From a virus (lineage: Duplodnaviria > Caudoviricetes): 24,418 nucleotides of DNA. Positions 1 to 9,700 of the stretch are shown one piece after another; the first letter of the stretch is position 1; the number at the start of each line of letters is the position of its first letter. Under the pieces are notes generated by a model, which did not search any database, was not told the origin of the DNA, and saw nothing but the letters and a program-made list of their open reading frames with translations. The translations under genes were made by a program, and so were the position numbers. The DNA is taken from positions 1-24,418 of IMG/VR virus record IMGVR_UViG_3300030207_001179; one strand, 5' to 3'.

Positions 1-26
1 ATGAATTTTAATTTAATTTTCAAATA

Positions 27-71
27 ATATTGTACATTTGTTATCTGTACATTTTATATCTGTACATAGTG
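27..71. repeat. Three imperfect 15-bp tandem units, each containing the palindrome TGTACA
   Basis: TGTACAT starts at 31, 46 and 61 (exact 15-bp period). Units: atattgtacatttgt / tatctgtacatttta / tatctgtacatagtg. A related palindrome TGTATACA lies at 93-100. Confidence 0.8.
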
Positions 72-140
72 CCGATACAATCTACGACATACTGTATACA
101 CGTTGGGGTATATTAGAGTGTTGAGATCTTTTTTATATTA

Positions 141-219
141 TTAGTAACACTTGGTAACACCTTAGTAACACCCTTATTACTATTGGTTAGTAACACTGTT
201 ATGACTAAGTGTTACTAAC
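141..219. repeat. Iteron-like 10-bp repeats TT(A/G)GTAACAC: four direct and one inverted
   Basis: Direct copies at 141-150, 151-160, 162-171 and 187-196; inverted copy GTGTTACTAA at 209-218. 186-197 and 208-219 form a perfect 12-bp inverted repeat with a 10-nt spacer. Confidence 0.9.
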
Positions 220-227
220 AGTATAAG

Positions 228-269
228 ATTATAAATTAATATATATATTATATATATATATATATATTA
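228..269. repeat. 42-bp pure A/T tract with (TA)n microsatellite
   Basis: No G or C from 228 to 269; alternating TA at 239-248 and 249-267; palindrome TAATATATATATTA at 237-250. Confidence 0.9.
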
Positions 270-301
270 CCAAGATTTATTTTTTTGTTGCTTAGGAATT
301 G

Positions 302-322
302 TGTTATTATGTTACTAGGAGA
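302..322 (+). promoter_or_regulatory. Putative extended -10 promoter and Shine-Dalgarno site for the terminase operon
   Basis: TGtTATTAT at 302-310 fits TGn-TATAAT with one mismatch; AGGAGA at 317-322 lies 6 nt before ATG 329. No convincing -35. Confidence 0.4.
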
Positions 323-328
323 ATTGAT

Positions 329-901
329 ATGGTAAAGAAGACTACGGTCAGAAAAAGAAGTGTTGTTGCTAGGACACCTGCTGAGAAGTTTAGAGACAAT
401 GTATTGGTTGGATACCCTGAATGGGTTACATGGTCTAGGAAGCTTAGAAGGATCTTTGTGTGTTTACCCTCTTATGGGGTAGGTAAAGAAGCATTAGAGT
501 CTATGTGTGAAGACTTTGATTGGAACTATTCAAACACTGAGAAGTTGACCCAGGGTAATGCTACTTTCAAGAAAGCAGTAACAGAGTTTGTAGAAAATGG
601 TTACAAGTACAGAACAGTTCTTAGATACCCTAAATCAAAAAACCCTATACCCTTTCAGATCAAGTGGTCTAACCTACAACAAGTCTATATGATGGAGTCT
701 GGTATAACCTCATTCATCAAAGCAGAGACTGGTAAAATATCACCAGCAGAAAGTAAATTGATAGAGAAAGCAGGTTTGCTAGAAATAGAACCTTTGGTAC
801 ACTTACCAGATGAGACACCTAAAAATGTTCCACAACAACAGGTAGACATTTCTGGTGAATCAAGTTTATTTCAATTGCAAACTAACTTAAACGGAAAATA
901 A
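329..901 (+). CDS. Putative terminase small subunit (190 aa, start reassigned to ATG 329)
   Basis: Abuts TerL (TAA-ATG), suitable size, basic N-terminus. The SD AGGAGA favours ATG 329 (MVKKTT...) over the track's TTG 299. Function is inferred from position only. Confidence 0.5.
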   Translation: MVKKTTVRKRSVVARTPAEKFRDNVLVGYPEWVTWSRKLRRIFVCLPSYGVGKEALESMCEDFDWNYSNTEKLTQGNATFKKAVTEFVENGYKYRTVLRYPKSKNPIPFQIKWSNLQQVYMMESGITSFIKAETGKISPAESKLIEKAGLLEIEPLVHLPDETPKNVPQQQVDISGESSLFQLQTNLNGK

Positions 902-2419
902 ATGTCATATCAATATACACCTTCTCCATGGCAGAAAAAGTTTCATGAGTCTAAGAGCAGGATTAAAATTGTATGGGCTGGTCGTAGAGCAGGTAAAGGT
1001 AGAGCAGTTCTTTCGGAACTTATGGTTGCTATCGCAGAGGCAGCTAAGACTCCTTTTCTAGCAGACAAAGAAATGGCGAAGGCAGCTAACCTACCAGTAG
1101 GATATGATCTAACTAACACACTAGAACCTGCAATCCATATATGGGTAGTTGCACCTAACTTTGCACAGAGCAGACAAGCATGGAACGAACTAAAACAATT
1201 CATACCACCAGAACTTGTAGTAAAAAGAAAACAAGGACAAGGTGGTGGTCGTGGTGACGGATGGAGAGAAGATGCAAAGTCTGTATGGCTATATCTAAAA
1301 AGTCCTAACCTAGTAAGACGAGATGTCTATATTGAAATAAAATCTGCTGATGATCCAGAATCTTTACAGACTGCAGGACCAGACTTTATCTGGATTACAG
1401 AGTCACAAGATATAAAAGAAGCTGCATGGAATAAACTAAGACCTATGCTTAACTCAGCTGGTCGACTTGGTAGAGGTTGTGTAGAAGGTATACCACCATT
1501 CCAAAGAACACACTGGTTTTCAAAACTTTTTAAATGGTCTAAAGAAAACCCTAGCGAAGATTACGAATCCTTTCATGCAACGAGTTTTGATAACGTATTC
1601 CTATCACAAAAACAGAAGTCTGCTATTGAAGACGAAAAAGCAACTATGCCAGAAATGGTATGGAACAGAATGTACATGGCTAAACAACCAGATGGTGGAG
1701 GTGGTTTCTTCAGACCTAGCAAGATACAAGAAGCTGGTACTGGTAAAGAAATGTTAATGCCAGATCCTAATAGAAGGTACGTTGCTGGATTAGACTTAGG
1801 TAAGAAACAAGACTATACAGTGTTCATTGTAAAAGATGCAATGAGTAGACAATCTGTGTATGCTTTAGAGATGTCTGGTAGTGACTGGGTTAGCCAAATA
1901 GAAACCATCAACTCAGAAATTACTAGATGGAAAGTAGGAGATGTTAGGGTTGACTCAACTGGTCTTGGTGATGTAGTATTTGACCATCTACTATCTTCTG
2001 GATTGCCAGTGACTTCATTTAAATTTAGCACTCAAAGTAAATATCAATTGTTTCAAAATTACTATCTAGCGCTAGAAAATGGGACTGTACATTTCCCAGA
2101 AAGTTGGGATACACTAAAAAGACAACTAGAAGATATAAGTATCAGACCTAGTGGAAATGGTTCATATGTGTTTTATAATGAATCAGGGGAACATGATGAT
2201 TGGGTTGATGCAGAGCTGTTAGCTCTAATGGCTAGTGATCCACCAGGGTATGAAGACGGTGAGTATAATTATTTGGGAGCTATAAGTAGAATGAGACCTA
2301 TAAGACCTACAGACTCTAAGAGACCGTCACGATTTATGCAAATGAGAAGACAACAAAAGACAAAACAAAAATTACAATATTTAGAAGAAAACGAATTAAT
2401 TAGTAGTGAGACTAGGTAA
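902..2419 (+). CDS. terL: Terminase large subunit
   Basis: N-terminal YTPSPWQ adenine-binding motif, P-loop GRRAGKG, WVVAPNFAQSR, KSADDPESL, and an RNase H-like nuclease domain with GLDLGKKQDYT, VDSTGLGD and HDDWVDA. Confidence 0.95.
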   Translation: MSYQYTPSPWQKKFHESKSRIKIVWAGRRAGKGRAVLSELMVAIAEAAKTPFLADKEMAKAANLPVGYDLTNTLEPAIHIWVVAPNFAQSRQAWNELKQFIPPELVVKRKQGQGGGRGDGWREDAKSVWLYLKSPNLVRRDVYIEIKSADDPESLQTAGPDFIWITESQDIKEAAWNKLRPMLNSAGRLGRGCVEGIPPFQRTHWFSKLFKWSKENPSEDYESFHATSFDNVFLSQKQKSAIEDEKATMPEMVWNRMYMAKQPDGGGGFFRPSKIQEAGTGKEMLMPDPNRRYVAGLDLGKKQDYTVFIVKDAMSRQSVYALEMSGSDWVSQIETINSEITRWKVGDVRVDSTGLGDVVFDHLLSSGLPVTSFKFSTQSKYQLFQNYYLALENGTVHFPESWDTLKRQLEDISIRPSGNGSYVFYNESGEHDDWVDAELLALMASDPPGYEDGEYNYLGAISRMRPIRPTDSKRPSRFMQMRRQQKTKQKLQYLEENELISSETR

Positions 2420-2422
2420 ACA

Positions 2423-4360
2423 ATGGTTTTAGATTATGGAACAAACTCAACTGGAGAAAACTCAGACGTTATTAACGTAGAGGCATCAAACCCTACAGAT
2501 GAACCAGAGATAACATTACAGTGGGTAAAAGAAAAAGCACAATCAGGTCACGAATTATTTAGAGAGTTTCGTAGTAAAGCAGAAGAACTAGATGACTTTT
2601 ATCTAAACAACTTTGACTTTAGTGTTCCAGAAAACGGAACATTGATTAGACTAGGTACTGCACAGTCAGTAATAAATACTCTAGTTGCACACGTTAGTCC
2701 ACAGTTCTTGGATATATCTGTTCCACCTCCAGGTGCAAGAGGACAAGCAAGAGCTGAACTAATGGAAAAGTTTTTGACAGGTGCTCACCATATGATAGAA
2801 CACAGAACACCTGTATACAGAGAGATTACTAAACACGCTGGTCTTTATGGTATTGGTTGGGAGAAGATAGAGTTTACTGCAAATGAATGGAGTGACTTTC
2901 CAGAAGCACCACCACATGAAGAAGAAGCAAGTGCAGAATACAGAGAACAAGTTAGAGAAGTATTAGATAAACGATCTGTTTCATGGCCCATAAAATCTGT
3001 AGCCGTAAATCCTCAAAACCTTATATGGGATTTGAATAATGGTACACAACCTAGATGGGTTATATATGAATATCAAGTAGATGCAGAATGGGTACAAGCT
3101 CACTTTCCAGAATGGAACGTACACAAAAAAGGTTACGTTACTTTCCAAGAAGTATGGACTGCATCACAAGTAGGATACCTAGCAGATGATAAATGGGTAT
3201 TAGAACCTAGACGACACGGTTATGGTAAACTACCTTGGATTATGTACTGGCCCCAGATGGGATTAGATACTGGTAACTCAGAACCAGAAACTTTATACAT
3301 GGGATTACTAAACGGATCTATAGATATGCTAAGAGCTCAAAGTCAATTAGCATCACACTATATTGACATCGTAGGTAAATCAGCATGGCCCACACTAGAA
3401 TTTACAGGACCACCAGGAATTACAGAAGAAGTGCAAGCTGCATGGGATGATACTCCAGGTGCAAAGAATATTAAACCACCACAGGTAAATGTTAATGCAT
3501 CAGATACTCCAAGACCACCAGCGGAGATTGGTATTGCAAAACAATTCTTAGATGAAGCTATTGAAGCTAATACAGTTCCTGCTGTTGCTAGAGGACAAAG
3601 ACCTATGGGTGCAGCGTCTGGTTATCATACTGCTGTGCTAGCTGGTATTGCATCACTTAACTTTGGTGCAGTAAAAGAAGCAATGGAACGTGGTTTACAA
3701 GAAAAAGGTGAATTAGTTCTAAGAATTGTAGAACATGTAATTGATGATAAACTAACAGTATTCGGTAAAACAGAAGCTGGAGTTTTAGATGCAGCTATCA
3801 AACCTTCTGACATCAAAGGGCATTACGTCAACATTGTTCGTATTAACTCTGTGTCGCCAGAAGAACAAGAAAGAAGACTTAACCTTTGGGCTAACTTGTG
3901 GAGATCAGGGTACGTTGATTTGGACACTGCTCTCAGAAAAGGTGGGGTAAGTAATCCTTTGGAAGTTCGTGCTAAGATACTAGAAGAACAATTTATAAAC
4001 TCACCAGGTATACAAGAACAGTTACAAATGGCAGCTGCATCTAGAATACCTACCATACAAAATATTATAGAAGCAGCAGGACAGCAAGGTGCAGTTCAAA
4101 CTCCAACTCCAGAAGAGACGGCAAGAAATATTTTGAACACACAAACATCTATGCAGTTACCTAACGCAGGAAATTTTCAGCAAGGTAACCAAGCTGGCAT
4201 AAGACCTAACAACCCAGGTACAGGAGTACCACAAACTACTAGACCTGTAATACCAGGATCTATAGACGAAATGAATCAAACAGCTCGTGCTGTAGCAGGA
4301 CCAAGAACTGGTAATGTTAGAGTACCAGGGGCAGACATATCACCAGGAGCAAGAGGATAA
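2423..4360 (+). CDS. Portal protein (podovirus/P22-like size) with Q/P/G-rich C-terminal tail
   Basis: 645 aa directly after TerL. Portal-like segments LYGIGWEKI, AVNPQNLIWD and HGYGKLPWI, a stem/crown-like region EANTVPAVARGQ...ASGY, and a low-complexity C-terminus. Confidence 0.85.
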   Translation: MVLDYGTNSTGENSDVINVEASNPTDEPEITLQWVKEKAQSGHELFREFRSKAEELDDFYLNNFDFSVPENGTLIRLGTAQSVINTLVAHVSPQFLDISVPPPGARGQARAELMEKFLTGAHHMIEHRTPVYREITKHAGLYGIGWEKIEFTANEWSDFPEAPPHEEEASAEYREQVREVLDKRSVSWPIKSVAVNPQNLIWDLNNGTQPRWVIYEYQVDAEWVQAHFPEWNVHKKGYVTFQEVWTASQVGYLADDKWVLEPRRHGYGKLPWIMYWPQMGLDTGNSEPETLYMGLLNGSIDMLRAQSQLASHYIDIVGKSAWPTLEFTGPPGITEEVQAAWDDTPGAKNIKPPQVNVNASDTPRPPAEIGIAKQFLDEAIEANTVPAVARGQRPMGAASGYHTAVLAGIASLNFGAVKEAMERGLQEKGELVLRIVEHVIDDKLTVFGKTEAGVLDAAIKPSDIKGHYVNIVRINSVSPEEQERRLNLWANLWRSGYVDLDTALRKGGVSNPLEVRAKILEEQFINSPGIQEQLQMAAASRIPTIQNIIEAAGQQGAVQTPTPEETARNILNTQTSMQLPNAGNFQQGNQAGIRPNNPGTGVPQTTRPVIPGSIDEMNQTARAVAGPRTGNVRVPGADISPGARG

Positions 4361-4551
4361 TGGCAAAAAATACACACCCATTAGAATTAGCATTTATGAA
4401 ATTTGATGAGACTACACAGCGAATGCTTAAACAAGTCTCTCAAAGTTTTGGTAACCTAGAAAAAATACCAGAAGTAAAACAACCACAGACTAGAAAAAAG
4501 AAACAAACTATATACAGCAACAATATGCCTAATCCATTTGGAGGGAACTAA
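4360..4551 (+). CDS. Small hypothetical protein (63 aa)
   Basis: TAATG-coupled to both neighbours; GAGG SD upstream. Confidence 0.75.
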   Translation: MAKNTHPLELAFMKFDETTQRMLKQVSQSFGNLEKIPEVKQPQTRKKKQTIYSNNMPNPFGGN

Positions 4552-6776
4552 TGACTACAGACAATTCTTATCAAAGACAAAACGAATTATTACCTAACCC
4601 ATTAGTTAGTGCAACAGATCCTAATACAGTATTTACAGGACCAATGGTTAGATTTATTCAAGATGTTCTTACAACAGGATCAAACTATGCGGAAACATAT
4701 TACGATGAAGGTGTGTTTTCTTCAACAAGAAAGAAAAACTGGGATTTAGATGAAACAGTAAATCAAATTAATCAAAGTGATGCTCCAGCAAACACACCTC
4801 TTTTTAACAATAGGTTACTTAATTCAAAAATTAACGCTTTTACTAGTAATCAACAAGAAAGAGATGCCCTTGTAGATTATTTTTCAAAAGTTAGCTTTAG
4901 TAAAAATGATTTAAATGCACTTAATAGGATAGTTGGTAGGATGGTAGATCCTGATGTTGCAACAAGAGTAGCAGCTGGTCTTGACACAAATCCAATAGCA
5001 TATGATGTTACTAATCAAACACCCTTTGCAGCAGATCAAATATTTACTGAAGAAGGTCTTTATACAAATCCCTTTGGGGAAACAGATCTAGATGCTATAC
5101 AGTATGGACTTCTTGGCAATAACGTTGTTTTTCCAGACACAGCTGCACCTCCAGTAGAGTCAGCCAGTTCTGCGATGGGTTCTATTGTTCCTAGTAATGT
5201 TACTCAAGATAACTTAACAGAATACTTAAATCAGTTAGGCACAACAGCAGATGATCTTTACTCACAAATTATAGCTAACCAAGATGAATTTCTTGTTAAC
5301 GAAATTGACCCAGATACTGGAACAGTAATTGGGCAAGTGCTTGACCCAATCGCACAACTTGTTGTAGAAAGAGCGGCAATTGCTAGTGAAGTAGATATGC
5401 AAAGAGAGATGGCTAAGAATGAAAGAGATTTTCAAGAAAAGGCAAATAGATTACAAAGAGCTCATAATGAATTTGTAGCTACTATACAAGCTAATGCTAC
5501 TTTAGATGCAAACCAAAAACAATTAGAAATTGCTCAAGCTCAAATAGATTTAGACAGAGAACTTGCAACTGCTAGATCGGAAGCAGATGTAGCCGAGGCA
5601 AATAGGTTAATTGCGTTAGACCAACAACGATACGAAGAAAGTGTAGCAGCTAGGAAAGCAGAAGCAGAAGCTAGGCAAAATCAGTTTGACTTGCAGATGC
5701 AGGAGTTACGAGACCGTAGAGCTTTAGATGAACAACTTGCAAACTTACAGGCTCAAGTTGGACTAGGTGCAAACGTAACACAAGAAAGAGTTGCATTAGA
5801 AAATCGTTTAGCAGCTGAAAGGTCAGCAGACCAACAAAGAATAGCAGATATACAAGTTGCAACTACACAAGCTGCAGCCCAAGAGGCTATTGCAAAAGCA
5901 AACCGAGATGCACAAACAGCTATAGCAAATGCACAGGCTAGTCAAACAACTACACTTGCAGATAAAGAAATAGCAATACAAGAAATATTACAAGAAAGAG
6001 ATGAAGAAATTGCTAGATTAAATCGTTTAGCACAAGAAAACATAGCAACTACACAGGCACAAACATCTCCTTTCTTTGGTTTAGATACACCAGCCGAAAG
6101 AGCTCAAGCTCAACTTGCAGGAACTGGTGGAGCGTTTGGTGCATTAGGAACACTGGCTGCATCTGGAACACCATTTACAGCAGACGATATTTCACAGGCA
6201 CAAAGAGGAGGACTAAGTGCAGCTGAACAACTAGCGTTAGCAAGAGCACCAGGTAATCCTTTTAATCTAAGTGCTAACCAACAGATAGCATTACAGACTG
6301 CCCTAGCAAGGGGAGGCTTAACTGCCGAAGAACAGTTCAACTTGCAAACAGCATTAGCAAGAGGTGGTTTATCTGCTGAAGATCAATTTGCATTACAAAC
6401 TGCCTTGGCTAGAGGTGGACTTACACCAGAACAAAGGTTAGCAGAACAAAGAGCTACAATTGCATCAGATATATTTAGGGCATCACCTCAAACATTAGGT
6501 GCATTGTCTGGAGTATTAGGTGGTAATCAAAACTTAAGAACTGCACTGAATCCATTTTTAGGAACTACATTTACAGGTAATGGTACAACTACAACTCCTA
6601 CTACCAATATGTCTGTTCCTACACTTAGACAATACCAGTCACAAACTCCATTTGAACAAGGAGCAACTCAAGCTAATTTTGCTGCAAGTGGTCAAAATTT
6701 AGAAGAGTCAATATTGGGAGGAACTCCTTTTGGAGTAAACATCCCTACAGGTACACTATCAGCACAGAATATATAG
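4551..6776 (+). CDS. Putative internal virion / DNA ejection protein with long coiled coil
   Basis: 741 aa; central A/Q/E/R-rich helical region, G/A-rich C-terminal third with 17-aa repeats. Composition is typical of podovirus ejection proteins; function is inferred. Confidence 0.55.
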   Translation: MTTDNSYQRQNELLPNPLVSATDPNTVFTGPMVRFIQDVLTTGSNYAETYYDEGVFSSTRKKNWDLDETVNQINQSDAPANTPLFNNRLLNSKINAFTSNQQERDALVDYFSKVSFSKNDLNALNRIVGRMVDPDVATRVAAGLDTNPIAYDVTNQTPFAADQIFTEEGLYTNPFGETDLDAIQYGLLGNNVVFPDTAAPPVESASSAMGSIVPSNVTQDNLTEYLNQLGTTADDLYSQIIANQDEFLVNEIDPDTGTVIGQVLDPIAQLVVERAAIASEVDMQREMAKNERDFQEKANRLQRAHNEFVATIQANATLDANQKQLEIAQAQIDLDRELATARSEADVAEANRLIALDQQRYEESVAARKAEAEARQNQFDLQMQELRDRRALDEQLANLQAQVGLGANVTQERVALENRLAAERSADQQRIADIQVATTQAAAQEAIAKANRDAQTAIANAQASQTTTLADKEIAIQEILQERDEEIARLNRLAQENIATTQAQTSPFFGLDTPAERAQAQLAGTGGAFGALGTLAASGTPFTADDISQAQRGGLSAAEQLALARAPGNPFNLSANQQIALQTALARGGLTAEEQFNLQTALARGGLSAEDQFALQTALARGGLTPEQRLAEQRATIASDIFRASPQTLGALSGVLGGNQNLRTALNPFLGTTFTGNGTTTTPTTNMSVPTLRQYQSQTPFEQGATQANFAASGQNLEESILGGTPFGVNIPTGTLSAQNI
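6291..6422 (+). repeat. Three in-frame 51-nt (17-aa) repeats with core LQTALARGGL
   Basis: LQTALARGGL starts at 6291, 6342 and 6393; a degenerate copy (AQRGGLSAAEQLAL) lies just upstream. Confidence 0.9.
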
Positions 6777-6784
6777 GAGGATAA

Positions 6785-9700
6785 ATGACAACACCACCTT
6801 TTGGAACAGGATACTCTTCCTCTAGTACATCATCATTCTTTGATAAGTTGAGACAAAAAAGACTTCAAGAACAAAAACGTCAGCAACAAAGACTAGCAGA
6901 TGCTCGTAAAAGAATACAAGCTGCTCGTGAATCTCAAAGAATTAGAGATCAATACGAACAAGGTAATGTTACAACTGCACTAGGCCCAGCAGTAACTCCA
7001 ACTCCAGGACAATACTTACCTGTTCCTCCACCTACTCCAAATGATATTTATGTAAAAAACCTAAACGTTTCAAATCCAGAAATGATAGATTACGGTAAGT
7101 TTTTTGGATCAGGTGTTTTAGAAAATATAACAGAAGCTGGTATAACTACTTTAGGTAAATTAGAACCAGCTATGAATACAGCAGCGGGATTAGGTGCAAG
7201 GTTACTTCCAGGTGGTTCTGAGTTTGACAAACAATTACAAGCAGTAGTAAAAGAAAGAGAAGAAGCTGGAAAGGCAGGTGGTCTAAGAGGGTATTTTGCA
7301 TCTGGAACTGAAGCAGCCAGACGTGCAGAAGTTTTGCAAAGAGGTTCAGAATACGGTGCGTCAATTGCACTTTCAGCATTACCAGACAATTTGTTTGGCA
7401 CAGGTATAGACACAGATACATTAAACAACAAAAGAAAAAAATATTTTGAAGAATTTACAGGTGAAGAATGGAGTTTTGGTAACTCTATTAAATATTGGAC
7501 AGACGATCTTCGTGCAACAAGACAAGCGTACTTAGAAGTAGAACAACCAAAGTATGTAAAAGGAACTTTAGAATTTTTTGGTGACCCAATAAACTTATTG
7601 ACTGGTGGTAGTCTTGCAGAAGTAACAGCGGCATATAAAATTATTAAGGCAGGGGCAACTAAATCTGCTAGATTAGCGGCAAAACCTTTGGGTTATAATG
7701 ACTTCCTAAAAGGCGACAATACGATAAAAGATAATGTAAGAAATGCTAATGCAGCAACAGACCCAGATATACAAAGTGAAGTTGCAGAAAGATTTGTTGT
7801 AGATAGTCCTCTTGCTGGTACAAGGTCTACTACTGTTTTTGATCCTGATTCTAATATAATAGATAAACTATCTGGTGTAAAAAGTGCTTCTAAAAAACAA
7901 AGTCTATTTACTGATGAATTACACAGTCAAACTTTAAGGCGTATATCAGAGACAACTCCAGGTGTTTTAATAAAAGTTATTCAACAAGGAAACAAATTGT
8001 TAGATAATCTTGGTCTTTCTTTTATGACTAGAACAACGGCATATGCAACAAGATTAATAAATCCAAAGTTTGTTGCTAGCGTTGGTAGAGATAAAGCAAA
8101 TCTTCGTAACTTGCAAACAACTATTACTATTACAGAACAAAAACTAAAAAACCTTTCATATGCGTCTTCTCAATCTCTTCTTACTAAACTAGGAAAGTTT
8201 GATGATGTGTTTCAAGTAAACCCTAATAAAGTAGGAAATTATATAGATGATATTGAAGATGGAATGATTCACTTTAATAAAACTTTTAATAAAAAAATAT
8301 TTGAAGAAGCTGCAAAAAAAGAAGTCAACCTTATAAAAAATTTTGATAAGGGTACAGGTGCAGCACAAAGAGTAACACTAAAAGATTTATATGCAGAGTT
8401 TACTGGTTTGACTGCTAAACAAGATAAACGAGTAAATGTAAGAATGCAAGAAAACTTTATTCATGAAAGTATTATTTCACAAGCAATAGTAGATTTAAAA
8501 TATATTGCAAAAGAAAACAAAGTAGTAGCAGATTTAAATCCTGCATTCAAAGGTAAAACCGCAAATCCTTTTTGGGATGGTAAAAATATTACAGAACAAG
8601 GTGAATACTTCATACAGAAATCTTTAAACTCAGTTGAACAAGTAAATCGTCTTGATGCTATGGGAGCTCCTATAAAAGTTGCTAACACCAAAATAGTAAA
8701 AGGCAAAAGGGTTTTAGATGGAACATCTACAGTTTTAACAGGACAAGATAAGTATACGTTCCAACAACTTGCTGGTGGACACATAAGTAGAAAAGCTTAC
8801 TTTGATGAAAAAATTAAATACAAAGGTAAAAAGAATTATCAACATGAAGGTGATTACAGAAATGCAAACGATAAGATAGGTAAATATTATAACGAGGCTA
8901 GGAAAGTATTAAACCCTGAAGACATTCATGATGTTGCTCTAAAAGATAATGGCATAAGATACTTTTCTCCAGATGAAATGGTTCACTTGCAAATGCAAGC
9001 TCATTATGAACAGATAGCACAGATTTATCGTTCTTCTCAATATCAAAAGTTTTTTGAGGCAAACCCAGCTATGTTAGAAAAGTATGGTGCTAAAGTTTTA
9101 AAAACTAAAGCAGGGCAAAAGAAAAACGTAGAAGGTTTATTTGATATTAGAACTAACATAGCAACTGGTAGAAGTAATGTATATGAGATTACAAAAAAAG
9201 ATGTTAGTAAAGTTTCAGAAGGTGAAGTTATAGATGAAACCAGTAGAATTTTTGACAGTTTGTTTTTTCAAAATAGAGAACAAGCAGAAAACTTTGCAAG
9301 GCAAGCTGATGTACTTTTAGAGTCTAGGGCTTTAAAAATGTCAGACCTTACTTCTGTTGGGAAGATGACTGATCACTTTAAGAATGTTTTATTAGGGCAA
9401 ACAGGCACAGGATTAGATATTCCTGCCAACCTAACAAGCACAGTAACTTCTACTGGTAGATTGTTTGGTACTGGTCTAGACGTAGCTGGTTCATTCTTGT
9501 ATGGTTTAGTTTTCTTTGGAAAGGCAAACTCAGAAATACTAAAAGGTATTGCACAAGGTAACAAGGCTAGAGTAAACACAGGCTTAGAAATTATGAAAGT
9601 TCTAGGTAAAGCTCAATATAATGCATTTAAAGTTTTTGGAGATCAAAAGGCAGTTCAACAAAGAATATGGCGAAAAGACAGAGCAGATGCTATTAGAAGT

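Noticed and set aside
141-219. CRISPR array
   Set aside because: Repeats are only 10 bp, adjacent or irregularly spaced, one is inverted, and there are no spacer-length unique sequences or cas genes.
299-328. TTG start at 299 for the first ORF
   Set aside because: ATG 329 has a well-spaced AGGAGA SD, and the extension overlaps the putative promoter.
1575-1757. Alternative-frame 60-aa ORF inside terL
   Set aside because: Fully nested, with no SD and no recognisable features.
4551-6776. Tape measure protein
   Set aside because: No tail tube, sheath or tail assembly chaperone genes are recognisable, and the position next to the portal does not fit.
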